Part shown: positions 39,703 to 49,218 of the stretch, one piece after another
How positions within the stretch are numbered: the first letter of the stretch is position 1
Layout of the letters: each line of letters opens with the position of its first letter
Origin: a virus
Lineage: Duplodnaviria; Heunggongvirae; Uroviricota; Caudoviricetes
Virus record (IMG/VR): IMGVR_UViG_2681813429_000008
Location: 1-50,324 of that record
DNA: 50,324 bases
Strand: one strand, 5' to 3'
Program-made: the position numbers and the translations under genes
Notes under the pieces: generated by a model
The model's database searches: none
Told to the model about the DNA's origin: nothing
The model's input: only the letters and a program-made list of their open reading frames with translations

Positions 39703-39774
39703 AATAGCGGGTAAAATATTTTTCACATCTAAAAAACATCATTCCAATCAATCCCCTGCAACCTCAAGTAGATG

Positions 39775-39790
39775 TCTGCAGGGGACACCA
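39775..39790 (+). other. att core: copy of a tRNA-Arg (argW-like) 3' end, junction between prophage and satellite
   Basis: TCTGCAGGGGACACCA ends in an aminoacyl acceptor 3' end and matches the last ~15 nt of E. coli argW as recalled. Lies between xis and the second integrase, about 160 bp upstream of its start. Confidence 0.55.
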
Positions 39791-39950
39791 TGAACACTTC
39801 TCACTAAGTTCAATTAATTCCATAACTCACTGTTTTAACTGATATCATCTCCTTATACTCGTCCAGCAAAGTACCATTATTTCTAATGGAATCTATACAT
39901 CTTTGCGTATAACATTGTGTATAACTGAGTTCGATCTTTTTTCTATACAC

Positions 39951-41126
39951 ATGCTGCTATCTGACATCCAAATAAAAAGAGCAAAACCGAAGGACAAACC
40001 CTATACGCTTAACGATGGTATGGGGCTATCACTCCTGATCGACACAGCGGGCAGTAAAGGCTGGCGTTTTCGCTATCGCTTTGCAGGTAAGCCTAAGATG
40101 ATTTCCTTTGGCGTATATGGCGATGTGTCGTTGGCACAGGCACGTACCAAACGTGATGAAGCGCGTTCGATGTTAGCCAACGGGATAAACCCAAGTGAAG
40201 CCAGAAAAGCAGATAAGATTGCTTTGCAGTTCGCGCATGAGAACAGCTTTGAGTCTGTGGCCAGAGAATGGCACTCATCGAAAAAAGCCACCTGGTCAGA
40301 GGGTTATGCAAAAGAGGTTCTCAATTGTATGGAAAAGGATATTTTTCCTTTTATCGGCCAGCGCCCAATTGAGCAGATTGAACCATTAGAACTGCTAACC
40401 GTCCTGCAAAAAATAGAGAAAAGAGGTGCGCTAGAGCAAACCAGTAAGATCCGCCGCCGCTGTGGTGAAGTGCTTCGTTATGCTGTTGCCACTGGTAGAG
40501 CAAAGTATAATTTTGCACCCGATTTAGCTATCGCACTCAACAAACCTAAAACCCAACACTTCCCGTTCCTGACTGAAAGCGAGTTGCCCGAGTTCGTTAA
40601 TGCTCTGGATAACTATCAGGGCAGTTTAGTTACCAAATACGCCACGCAGCTGTTGATGCTAACAGGCGTGCGAACAATTGAACTACGTGCAGCGGAATGG
40701 GCTGAGTTTGATTTAGATAATGCCTTATGGGAGATCCCCAAAGAACGGATGAAGAAACGCCGCCCCCATCTGGTTCCGTTATCAACTCAGGCGATCAATA
40801 TCCTGAAAAAGCTGCAAGAAATAACAGGGAATTACAGCCTCGTTTTCCCTGGCCGGAATGACGTCAGTAAACCAATGAGCGAAGCCAGCATCAACAAAGT
40901 GATAAAACTACTGGGTTATCACGGTCGGTTAACGGGTCACGGTTTCAGGCATACCATGAGCACCATCTTGCATGAGCATGGGTTTGAAAGTGCCTGGATT
41001 GAAATGCAGCTTGCGCATGTTGATAAGAACTCTATTCGAGGTACTTACAATCATGCGCAATATATTAAAGATCGACAAGTAATGATGGAATGGTACGCTA
41101 GCTTATTAAATACGACCTGCTATTAA
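39951..41126 (+). CDS. int: Tyrosine integrase, P4 family (second copy)
   Basis: Start chosen at ATG MLLSDIQIKRAKPKDKPYTLNDG. Shares the RRCGEV.RYA..TGRAKYN.APDLA and HGFRHT motifs with the first integrase. Confidence 0.9.
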   Translation: MLLSDIQIKRAKPKDKPYTLNDGMGLSLLIDTAGSKGWRFRYRFAGKPKMISFGVYGDVSLAQARTKRDEARSMLANGINPSEARKADKIALQFAHENSFESVAREWHSSKKATWSEGYAKEVLNCMEKDIFPFIGQRPIEQIEPLELLTVLQKIEKRGALEQTSKIRRRCGEVLRYAVATGRAKYNFAPDLAIALNKPKTQHFPFLTESELPEFVNALDNYQGSLVTKYATQLLMLTGVRTIELRAAEWAEFDLDNALWEIPKERMKKRRPHLVPLSTQAINILKKLQEITGNYSLVFPGRNDVSKPMSEASINKVIKLLGYHGRLTGHGFRHTMSTILHEHGFESAWIEMQLAHVDKNSIRGTYNHAQYIKDRQVMMEWYASLLNTTCY

Positions 41127-42056
41127 ATCCAGCATGAAACAAATATGGTGAGTAATTTGATACTGTTTGTTTTTTGGCAACCCAGGGAAATGCCTTACAG
41201 TTGGTTGACTATTGTAATAATAATAGTTAAGACCAATGTTGCTGCCAAACTGGGTTGGATGTTGGGGAACAAGATTTGTAATTTGATCTGAAACATCTAA
41301 AAATTTTGCAGTAACATTTGAACTTCCTCGTTGCGTGTTGCTTGATACAAAATGACGAATCCAAACTGTATTCGCTTGTAAATTCTTGAACACCAAATGT
41401 GCGGCAACAGCAGAAGGTTGACCACCTCCAAGATCTAGTACCTGGCCAGTAATTGTATAATCGCCAAATCCTAAGTAATTTTGTCCCACGAATTGATGTG
41501 CGTGCGTGAAAAGTTCCGGCCCATTATAATCAGCATTTTTTGCTAACTTTCTAAAGTTATCGCTAATAATAATTAACTTCGACAAAGGAAGAAGAGCGCA
41601 CTGATTAGGAAGCATTTTATTATTTAAAACAACATGATAACTAATCAATTGATTTGTCGCCAACAACTGAATATCAGAGTTGGATAATGATGGATTATCA
41701 TATAGAAGTGCAACTCGTCTATTTAAGTTAGCATTCAACCAATTATTAATATCATTAATCGTTGTATTGGGCTGAATAAGATATCCAGAGATGATATTAT
41801 TTTTATTTGTTAATACACTTGATAAATTTTGATTTAAAGTTAAGACGTTATTGTGTGAAGAAAAATCTTCCTGATAAGGATTAAGGATAACAATTATGTC
41901 AGAATTCCAAACATTTAAACATGTTAATAAATTTCTCGTATTGACGTTAATTGGTTCTAAAATTGGTAGCAGACCATTTAGGCTAACTCCCTTCGCAACG
42001 AGGTCCCTAAGGCATAATAACTCTGTACTTCTCGCATACAAATATGGGCTATACAT
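41106..42056 (-). CDS. Hypothetical protein, AT-rich cargo gene B (downstream gene of a two-gene cassette)
   Basis: 316 aa, Asn/Leu-rich, coding GC far below the surrounding DNA. Its 3' end overlaps the integrase 3' end by ~21 nt. No recognised domain. Confidence 0.6.
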   Translation of the reverse strand: MYSPYLYARSTELLCLRDLVAKGVSLNGLLPILEPINVNTRNLLTCLNVWNSDIIVILNPYQEDFSSHNNVLTLNQNLSSVLTNKNNIISGYLIQPNTTINDINNWLNANLNRRVALLYDNPSLSNSDIQLLATNQLISYHVVLNNKMLPNQCALLPLSKLIIISDNFRKLAKNADYNGPELFTHAHQFVGQNYLGFGDYTITGQVLDLGGGQPSAVAAHLVFKNLQANTVWIRHFVSSNTQRGSSNVTAKFLDVSDQITNLVPQHPTQFGSNIGLNYYYYNSQPTVRHFPGLPKNKQYQITHHICFMLDLIAGRI

Positions 42057-42077
42057 AACTTACAACTCCTGAGGATA

Positions 42078-42959
42078 TCAACAAATTTTAATTTTTACAT
42101 CCATCAAATTCATGATGAATTCTTTTTGCTTTCTTGATAATGGTGTTGCATAACCTAAAACACGTAAACATGCTGGAAGAGAATAAATATAATCCAAAAA
42201 AACTTTATCGTTACATCTTTTTTTCATAGCAGAGATAAAGTATTTATTTGCTATGTTTAATGGCATCTGCATGAATATCTCTTTACAATATTCATAAACC
42301 AATCCGTTAGGCATATTTATTTTAGTTGAAGTGTAATCTTCTATTATAGCTAAGAACTCTTCCTTTCTAAGAACTGAAAACAAGCTGTCACTTTTAATAT
42401 AATCAATATTTGAATCTGCCTCCTTAATGACACTCAATTGATCTTTTTTATTCAAAACCATAACTCCCACTCTGGGGAGATTTAAAGCACAATATTTACT
42501 TGCATACTCTGGATGTGTAACTATATACACTTTATCAAAAACATCCAAATAATCAGGGGCTTGAGTAATCAACCTTTTTGGTGAATCATACTCTGTCTTA
42601 ATCTCGTAAGCTGTAGACGTACCATTAAACACCGCAACATCCACTATAGAGTTTTTAATTGGTAACTCTATGGACGACGAACTTGTTTTTGGGCTGTGCT
42701 TACCGAATATTATTTTATTGACAAGTGCTGTCTTATAAACATATTCATTTCTATAATTCAGACGCAAAAAATCATATAATGATGTAAATAAATCCCTTAG
42801 TGAAATCTCATGTTCATTATTATCATTGTTTGAAAACAGTGTTTCATAGCAGTAAGAATCAAAACTCCCAAATAAATCCGAAATATCCTTACCTTTTGCT
42901 AAGGATGAAAAAATGGGGCGACGGAAAAATTTAGCATATTCCTTTTTATTATGACTCAT
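42078..42959 (-). CDS. Hypothetical protein, AT-rich cargo gene A; possible PD-(D/E)xK nuclease-like motif
   Basis: 293 aa. Motif IVDVAVFNGTSTAYEIKTEYD has the hydrophobic-D ... E-x-K spacing of restriction-endonuclease-like folds. 21 nt upstream of gene B. Confidence 0.6.
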   Translation of the reverse strand: MSHNKKEYAKFFRRPIFSSLAKGKDISDLFGSFDSYCYETLFSNNDNNEHEISLRDLFTSLYDFLRLNYRNEYVYKTALVNKIIFGKHSPKTSSSSIELPIKNSIVDVAVFNGTSTAYEIKTEYDSPKRLITQAPDYLDVFDKVYIVTHPEYASKYCALNLPRVGVMVLNKKDQLSVIKEADSNIDYIKSDSLFSVLRKEEFLAIIEDYTSTKINMPNGLVYEYCKEIFMQMPLNIANKYFISAMKKRCNDKVFLDYIYSLPACLRVLGYATPLSRKQKEFIMNLMDVKIKIC

Positions 42960-43638
42960 TACTCATACTCTATAAACATCATGCAATTTGATAAGTTATG
43001 ACGAATTCTCACCATCCAGTTACTACCTGTACATACTAATCAAAAAAAACGAGTACGCAAGATACGAAAGTACTTTTCTTGTTCACCAGTTAGCTTACCT
43101 TGATCCTCACCAGCGACTGGAAGATAGGTAGCAGTATATGTGGAAACCTTCCCCTAGCTAGGTCTACAAACGTAGTTTGGGCATTTAGGCTCCACGATTC
43201 ACGGTTTGACACGGCCTGATATCTGCACATTCGTTTTGATATGCAGCAATCGTGAAAAAGGAAAATATACGCTCGACAGACCAAAACGGCACTACACCGC
43301 ACCCGCCTGCGGTTTTCATATCACTAAAAATTTTCAGCCTGGATTTTTTACAAACGATACCGCCAGTCCGTGCCAGTCCTCGAGATGTACTGCGATACAG
43401 GAACTGAAAAGAATGAAAAGAAATTCATTTTTTTTCAGTTTTACTGTCCGTCGAATCTATGGCCTGAATACGCAACTCTATGATATTAAATGGATAATTA
43501 ATTTTAGGTGTGTGATTTTATGAAGGTTTGTGAAACATGAAGAAGATAACCAGTTGAAAAATAATAATTTTATGACCGTATAAACTGAAATCCTGTGTTC
43601 AGGTTCCGGGAACAGATCGGCCATTCCCGACGCATACT

Positions 43639-43911
43639 TTACCCATTCTTTTGCGCAGCCAGCAGCAACTTTAAAGCCTTTTCCCGTTCCTCGGGTGGAA
43701 TTGCATCAATCAGCTCTTTAACCCTTCCCTGCCCGTTCAGCGCGCTTGGACTAACGGAATGGGAGAAAGCAACATTCATCACAAACGAGTGACCGCACTC
43801 CACATTAGAGCAATAGCAGTACACATCGTACAGTTGTGGGTGTTTCCTGTTTGTTTTACCTATCCGTGCTACTGCCTGACATGTGGGGCAGTACATTCTC
43901 ATCATCTTCAT
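43639..43911 (-). CDS. ogr: Ogr/Delta-family zinc-finger late-gene activator
   Basis: 90 aa with CPTC...C.C...C.H zinc-finger pattern (MRMYCPTCQAVARIGKTNRKHPQLYDVYCYCSNVECGHSF) characteristic of P2 Ogr / P4 Delta. Confidence 0.85.
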   Translation of the reverse strand: MKMMRMYCPTCQAVARIGKTNRKHPQLYDVYCYCSNVECGHSFVMNVAFSHSVSPSALNGQGRVKELIDAIPPEEREKALKLLLAAQKNG

Positions 43912-43979
43912 CGTTCTGTGCCCTATACTGTTGCCCGCCAGAAGAAGGGATTTGGATCCCTACCTCTTGTTCTGAACGT

Positions 43980-44170
43980 GTAACACTGGTAACACGTGTA
44001 ACGCTATTGATTTAAAAGGATTTAATCTGTTACCAGTTAGCAAAATCAAGAGGTAACGCGTGGTAACACACCATTTTTTGTTACCTCTGTTACCAGTCAG
44101 TATTTTTGACTGGTAACACTGAAGAACCGCATCAGTAACGGGTGTTACCTCTGTTACCAGTGTTACCTCA
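43980..44170. repeat. Iteron array (GGTAACAC / GTGTTACC heptamer-octamers, about 12 copies): putative satellite origin
   Basis: Repeated GGTAAC(A/G)C and complementary GTTACC motifs in both orientations between ogr and the primase gene. Resembles the P4 ori/crr octamer TGTTCACC as recalled. Confidence 0.7.
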
Positions 44171-44193
44171 TAAAAATAAGACTCACGCGATAA

Positions 44194-46881
44194 TCACTCA
44201 GGTTCAGCGCTTCCCAGTACCTGTGTATTGAACTGGTACACACGTTTAAGCCCTATTTCTGGCAGGCGAATGCTGTTTTGCGTCCGGCCATCTTCACCGG
44301 GTTTCAGCCAGCCCGCGTCCACACACAACCTGGCCACCTTACGCGAGTCAAATCCCTTACAGATCTCCTTCCAGCCTGACGGGAGAACGTAGAACGTCAC
44401 AACCGGCTCTGTCACGTTGTCTCCTTTATCGACTTTTCTGAATCCCATCATTGAAACAGGCCGGTTCCTGTCGTCATTCCAGTCAGCAAACCGACTGAAC
44501 TGATTACGCGTCATGAAGTCCCGAACCTGTTCAAGTGCCGCTTTATCTTCCTGATTAGCTGTATGGCCCCGGTCAGCCATCCATGCAGCCAGACAGCTTT
44601 GAGCGGCACGAAAGGCCTCTCCCTCCGGCCATCCTGTGATGCCCGCTTTTGTGGCCAGCTCCCCGGCCATCGCAACCAGAGCAAAACGGGTAACAGCCCG
44701 GCCAACCTGATTCCCGGCATTTTCCGGCGTCAGCCTTCGGGTATACTCTTTCAATAAGGCTTTCGCCTGACTGGTCAGTTCCGGCAGATCAGCGGTCAGG
44801 CAATACAGCCAGTCGCGGAATGGTGCACCATGATAATGCGCTACGTGCTGCTCAAGATGCTCAGCCAGGGTTTTCCCGCTACTGAAGCCATGAAGTTCTT
44901 CAAACACGCCATACTTGCCCGAATCGCTTGGGATCTGGATCATTCTGACCTCAACCCCGGCATACGTACGTTCCCCGGCGCTTGCCGCATGCTCTACCAG
45001 TGACAGTTCCCCGGTAGACAGAAACAACAGATTCCAGCGGTTGGTTTCCCTTACCGAACCATCTGTTCTGGCTCTGGCTTTGCCCTGCCCGTTAGCCAGC
45101 ATATAAGCGATATTTCCCGCCTCCCTGCCGTCAACCTCCCGGATTTCATCCAGCATCAGCGTGGCATCATTGCGGCGGCTCGCCGTTCCTTCTAAGGCAT
45201 TCCCCGTCGCCCGCCACGTATGCCAGAAATCTGTTCCACCACATACTGATGCAGCCACTTTCATCGTCGTGGTTTTACCGTCTGTGGATTCCCCTTTGAG
45301 GTGATAACCTCCACCGCCGATACCAACCAGTTTCAGAAGGGGGGCAGCAAATGCCAGACTCACCGCAAAGGCAAGACGGGCATTCTTTATGCAATAACGG
45401 CCTATATTTTCACGCCAGCCCTCTGATGTGCCGCTGACACGAAAATCACGCCCCTGCACACTCGATGTTTGTAAGATGACTGACTGGGCTTCGCGCCCTA
45501 TCACTTCATCCTGGAGAACGTAAACCCCGCCGTGCCAGCCAGTTTTATTCACACAGGTTACTTTTCTGTCCGGTTTACACAGCGAGATATATTCCATCAG
45601 GAATGCTCTGGCCATGCCGTTAATGTTGATGTAAGAAAGCCCGTTAACCAGCAGAACGCGGCGCAGTTCTTCCCCGCTACCGCCCAGCATCTCCATCGGC
45701 ATTGCCCATTTACGGCTGTTTCCGTTGGTATCTTCCCATTCCAGCAAACGCCCGTAATTACTTCCATCAGCATCACTGGTGATTGCCGTCACCCGCAACG
45801 GACTGCAAATTTTGATATTACGTATCTCTGTATCACCATCAGACTTATTAACCAGCTTGTCGTACCACAAATATTCTTTTGTCAGCCGGAACCCTTCTGG
45901 TAAACGGGTCTGCCCTTTGCCATGCAGCGTCATTTCTTCACGAAAGGCATCTCTCGCCCGTTCTTTCCCCACTTCCTGCCGATAATCATCCCAGTCAGCC
46001 TTATGGCGTACCGGAGGGAGCGTTACCCAGCCATCCACCGCTTTGGCGGCTTTCTCTGCCTGAATACGCCCGGTGTTTTCTTTGCCGTCAGCCAGATCAT
46101 TATCTCCGGCCAGAATGATCCGGGTTTCCGGCCAGCGTTTTCGGATCTGCTCCGTCACCTTCAGTAAATTGGTGGCAGCGACAGCCGCCACGATCCATCC
46201 TTCAGTCAGCAGACTGACGGTAAGCGCCGTGGCAAAACCCTCAGTGATAATCACCTGTTCAGGTGTTTCAGCGGGTATATCGGTCAGGGCAATGAATGCG
46301 CCAGACAGCTGGCTACCGGGCAGCAGACTTTTATCCCCGTCAGGATTGATAAGCTGGCCACCAGTAATATTCCCGGAAATATCCGTCAAAGGCAGCAGTA
46401 ATGAACCGGTGGAAAATGTTATTCCGGCCAGATTCAAAGGCTGTGACAGCAAGGGAAGTGAATACCCGTGTAAGCTCTTATTTGTCAGATAGACCGGCTC
46501 ACCATTGCAGGACTGCTGTCTGAGTCTGGTATATCGCTCCGCGCCCGCTTCTTTTCCTGCGGCCTTTTTCCTGGCTGGCAATGCGGGCTTCTCCTGTATT
46601 TCTGGTAATGCAAGCGCCTCAGATACCATCCCGGCGACTTCTTTTATCTTTCTTCCTGTCACCAGACGAACCAGATCAAGACCATCGCCATGACCGCACT
46701 GATTACAAAACCACGTCCCTCGCCCCGCTTTATCGTCCAGTCGAAAACGATCTTTTCCACCACAGGCAGGGCAAGCCCCATGATGTCCTGCGGACGGTAC
46801 TTTAATACCTAATGCTGACAGGATATAAGGCCAGCGCCCAATTGCAGCTCCGGAAATCGTGGATACAGACGGTGTTTTCAC
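44194..46881 (-). CDS. P4 alpha-type primase-helicase
   Basis: 895 aa. N-terminal zinc-binding primase region (CPACGG...CNQCGHGDGLDLV), central Toprim-like region, C-terminal P-loop NTPase (KGESTDGKTT). Confidence 0.85.
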   Translation of the reverse strand: MKTPSVSTISGAAIGRWPYILSALGIKVPSAGHHGACPACGGKDRFRLDDKAGRGTWFCNQCGHGDGLDLVRLVTGRKIKEVAGMVSEALALPEIQEKPALPARKKAAGKEAGAERYTRLRQQSCNGEPVYLTNKSLHGYSLPLLSQPLNLAGITFSTGSLLLPLTDISGNITGGQLINPDGDKSLLPGSQLSGAFIALTDIPAETPEQVIITEGFATALTVSLLTEGWIVAAVAATNLLKVTEQIRKRWPETRIILAGDNDLADGKENTGRIQAEKAAKAVDGWVTLPPVRHKADWDDYRQEVGKERARDAFREEMTLHGKGQTRLPEGFRLTKEYLWYDKLVNKSDGDTEIRNIKICSPLRVTAITSDADGSNYGRLLEWEDTNGNSRKWAMPMEMLGGSGEELRRVLLVNGLSYININGMARAFLMEYISLCKPDRKVTCVNKTGWHGGVYVLQDEVIGREAQSVILQTSSVQGRDFRVSGTSEGWRENIGRYCIKNARLAFAVSLAFAAPLLKLVGIGGGGYHLKGESTDGKTTTMKVAASVCGGTDFWHTWRATGNALEGTASRRNDATLMLDEIREVDGREAGNIAYMLANGQGKARARTDGSVRETNRWNLLFLSTGELSLVEHAASAGERTYAGVEVRMIQIPSDSGKYGVFEELHGFSSGKTLAEHLEQHVAHYHGAPFRDWLYCLTADLPELTSQAKALLKEYTRRLTPENAGNQVGRAVTRFALVAMAGELATKAGITGWPEGEAFRAAQSCLAAWMADRGHTANQEDKAALEQVRDFMTRNQFSRFADWNDDRNRPVSMMGFRKVDKGDNVTEPVVTFYVLPSGWKEICKGFDSRKVARLCVDAGWLKPGEDGRTQNSIRLPEIGLKRVYQFNTQVLGSAEPE

Positions 46882-47288
46882 AGCAGCACCTCCTGACCTT
46901 CCGGCTTCACAAATTCAAAACCTTCGGGTAGTTCGCCATCAGGTGCTCCGAAAATAATATCCCGGTAAACCTCACGCATCTCTGTGACACCAAAAACTGA
47001 CAGGCGAATATTTTCTGACATAAAGCCTGGTTTAAGCATTTTTTCCAGTTTCTCTGCGGCCAGTATGCAACCAGCATCAGCCCCAAACTCATTCACCCAC
47101 GGCATTTCAATATGGTAAATAATATTACTCACCACTTTTTCGTGGGAGAGTTCTATTCGTTCGCCATCTTCAATATAAACAGGTTCATTATGAACACGCA
47201 CCATTAAGGAAATGAATGCATCAGCAATGTAGTAGCGTAAGACTGCTGTTCGTAAAGCATGCGCCTTTAAATTTTGATTATTATTCAT
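46878..47288 (-). CDS. Hypothetical satellite protein
   Basis: 136 aa ORF overlapping the primase start by 4 nt. Confidence 0.5.
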   Translation of the reverse strand: MNNNQNLKAHALRTAVLRYYIADAFISLMVRVHNEPVYIEDGERIELSHEKVVSNIIYHIEMPWVNEFGADAGCILAAEKLEKMLKPGFMSENIRLSVFGVTEMREVYRDIIFGAPDGELPEGFEFVKPEGQEVLL

Positions 47289-47517
47289 CGCGCATCACTC
47301 CCTTAATTGTGCTGGTTTCCTTAACAACGCCATCCAGTTGTTCGGCAATACAGGCCACTAAAGCCGCAGCGCCTTCCGCTGAAACAGTTCTCGCTCCATT
47401 CACTGTGGGCACGGACAAGACCTCTGCAAGAAACTCACTGGCCAGTGCCGCCCGTAACAGACGACTCTCCCCCTGTTCACTCAATATGCAGCCTTGCTTA
47501 AAATTCATGGATTTCAT
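47281..47517 (-). CDS. Hypothetical satellite protein
   Basis: 78 aa ORF, translationally coupled to its neighbours. Confidence 0.45.
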   Translation of the reverse strand: MKSMNFKQGCILSEQGESRLLRAALASEFLAEVLSVPTVNGARTVSAEGAAALVACIAEQLDGVVKETSTIKGVMRDE

Positions 47518-47717
47518 GCAACCACCTCCCCGGCTCTTTTCACAGGGATACGGGCAGCAAAGCTCAGGATAAATTCAGTGGCAAGTTTAAGGCGTGCAGC
47601 ATGCTCGCATTCTGCGATTACACGCACAGGGCGTGGACGGGCATCACGGTCTGTACGGCGGACAGCCAGAAAGACAAAGGTAAATTCAGGGTGAGATAAA
47701 GCAGGGACTGTAGCCAT
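47514..47717 (-). CDS. Hypothetical small protein
   Basis: Only the last 67 codons of the 196-codon track ORF look genuine: internal ATG (MATVPALSHPEF...) preceded by AAGGAGG at ideal spacing. Confidence 0.45.
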   Translation of the reverse strand: MATVPALSHPEFTFVFLAVRRTDRDARPRPVRVIAECEHAARLKLATEFILSFAARIPVKRAGEVVA

Positions 47718-48149
47718 AATGGCAACCTCCTTCAGATAGCGGGTAACGCTACCACCGGAGTTCCTACGCTCATGGGTGGTAGCCCAGACGGGGGTAGGAA
47801 TACCGGCTCTGAAGGATACCGGCCAGCCCGAAAGCTGCCCCGCCTGGACTACCATAATTCTGATGATGTGGCGTAAAAAATAAAAAAATACAATCAGCCA
47901 CCACACCATAAATTTTAGGTGAGTCAAAGCTGCGACACAAAAAAACACGCCTAGCGCGTGTAGTATCGCCTTCAGATAACACGGGTTCCTACGCCCGGCT
48001 GCCGATTTTGCGGCAACCTTTAAACTATATCCCGCGCATTCCTGGTGAGGCAAGAAATTTATAACCGAAAACTGATCATTGCCTGGATTAATTAACGCTG
48101 GCATGCTTAAGCCTCTGCTTAAAAATAGTTCTTCATTTTTCCTGATGCT

Positions 48150-48182
48150 GTAAACGAGACCCGCCTCTGAGCGGGTCTTTCT
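48150..48182. terminator. Intrinsic terminator (GACCCGC-TCTGA-GCGGGTC)
   Basis: Perfect 7-bp stem with T-rich flank, immediately downstream of the capsid-homolog gene stop. Confidence 0.55.
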
Positions 48183-48191
48183 GTCGCTAAG

Positions 48192-49196
48192 TCAATCCGC
48201 AAACGTCAGGGTGCACTCATCAACAGCCGCGTACAGTTCAGGTTCACCGAGTGCATAACCTTCATTGCGCAGGTAGGAATGCACGTATTCACTGCTTTCA
48301 TCATCAAACTCAGCACGAAACCAGCGTGTTATCGCCTGAGTGTAAATATGCAGATTATCCAGCGTCGTTACTGCCAGACGCTTACCCGGCATAAACGGGG
48401 GAATAAACGCAAAGCGGCCAGCAACAGAACTTGTAGCCATCTGTGCCGCATTCACATCAGACGGGCGGTCTGCGGCATTAAATAACTTCAGGCGTTGATG
48501 TGCTGCCAGCTCTGCCCCAACCAGTACAACCAGACGAGGATCTTCACGAAACTGCTCAGCAATAAGCTCTGTAATCAGATGGTTGGCCAGAGCATCAATA
48601 TTTTTCCAGGTGCCAGTCTCTCCCAGAGTGACAGGCTCAGAGATGATTTGCTTTCCGTTCCCGTAGGCTTTCGCCAGTGCATGCCAGCCAATATTGACAT
48701 CCTCGCCTTTTTTATTGATTTCCGGGTTTGTAGTATTTGCAATCGACACACCGTTGAAACCGACCCGCAGCATGTCCAGCGCATATGCCTGGGCAAAAAA
48801 GCTCTCAACCGTTTTCTCAAACTCATCCGGCACGCCGGTATGGTAAATATGAGACATATCGGAATAGCTGATCCGGGCGCAGGTATCCGTCTCTGTCAGA
48901 AAGAACTCCGTACCATTGATTGCCATTTTTTTGTGGAAACGGCCACCATCCACACGTCCGGTATACAGTTCACTGGCACCAATATTGACGGCATTACCTG
49001 ACACGGCGTTAACATCACGTAGGGTAATATTTTTAATAAGCCACCCGGATTCCAGAATTGAGGTACGCAGTATATTTTCAGTAGGTTCGCTTAATGCAAA
49101 GCGTCTGTTTGATTCTTCCTGATAGTTAGTGCCAGTGACGAATTTATTATGATAACGACGTGCTGCGTCCGGCCTTTCAGTTTTGAAGGCATACAT
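48192..49196 (-). CDS. P2 GpN-family major capsid protein homolog
   Basis: 334 aa, colinear with P2 GpN as recalled (e.g. LRVGFNGV..., EDPRLVVLVGAELAA..., LDNLHIY...). No database search was run. Confidence 0.6.
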   Translation of the reverse strand: MYAFKTERPDAARRYHNKFVTGTNYQEESNRRFALSEPTENILRTSILESGWLIKNITLRDVNAVSGNAVNIGASELYTGRVDGGRFHKKMAINGTEFFLTETDTCARISYSDMSHIYHTGVPDEFEKTVESFFAQAYALDMLRVGFNGVSIANTTNPEINKKGEDVNIGWHALAKAYGNGKQIISEPVTLGETGTWKNIDALANHLITELIAEQFREDPRLVVLVGAELAAHQRLKLFNAADRPSDVNAAQMATSSVAGRFAFIPPFMPGKRLAVTTLDNLHIYTQAITRWFRAEFDDESSEYVHSYLRNEGYALGEPELYAAVDECTLTFAD

Positions 49197-49218
49197 AGTT
49201 TTTCACCTTTTTAAGTAT

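Larger units (their letters stand above)
1..39790. mobile_element. P22-like lambdoid prophage (integrase through excisionase; right boundary at the tRNA-Arg-like att core)
   Basis: Contiguous phage modules in lambdoid order: P4-family int, P22-type virion genes, lambda-type lysis, Q, nin, replication, cro/cI, N, cIII/kil, recombination, xis. Ends at a tRNA 3'-end-like core at ~39775-39790. Left att copy is expected upstream of the window. Confidence 0.8.

Noticed and set aside
39951-41126. Alternative reading in which the second integrase belongs to the P22-like prophage as the last PL-operon gene
   Set aside because: A tRNA 3'-end-like core lies between xis and this integrase, and P4-family integrases normally read away from the tRNA at the left end of their element. 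The first integrase next to the tailspike gene mirrors the argW-linked P22-like remnant of E. coli K-12 as recalled.
43090-43523. ORFs of 70 aa (minus) and 105 aa (plus) in the region upstream of ogr as candidate psu/sid genes
   Set aside because: No RBS, implausible Cys/Phe-rich composition and no resemblance to Psu or Sid; treated as noncoding.
47514-48104. Full-length 196 aa minus-strand ORF
   Set aside because: The N-terminal two-thirds span an obviously noncoding AT-rich region with terminator-like hairpins. Only the C-terminal 67 codons, preceded by AAGGAGG, were kept.
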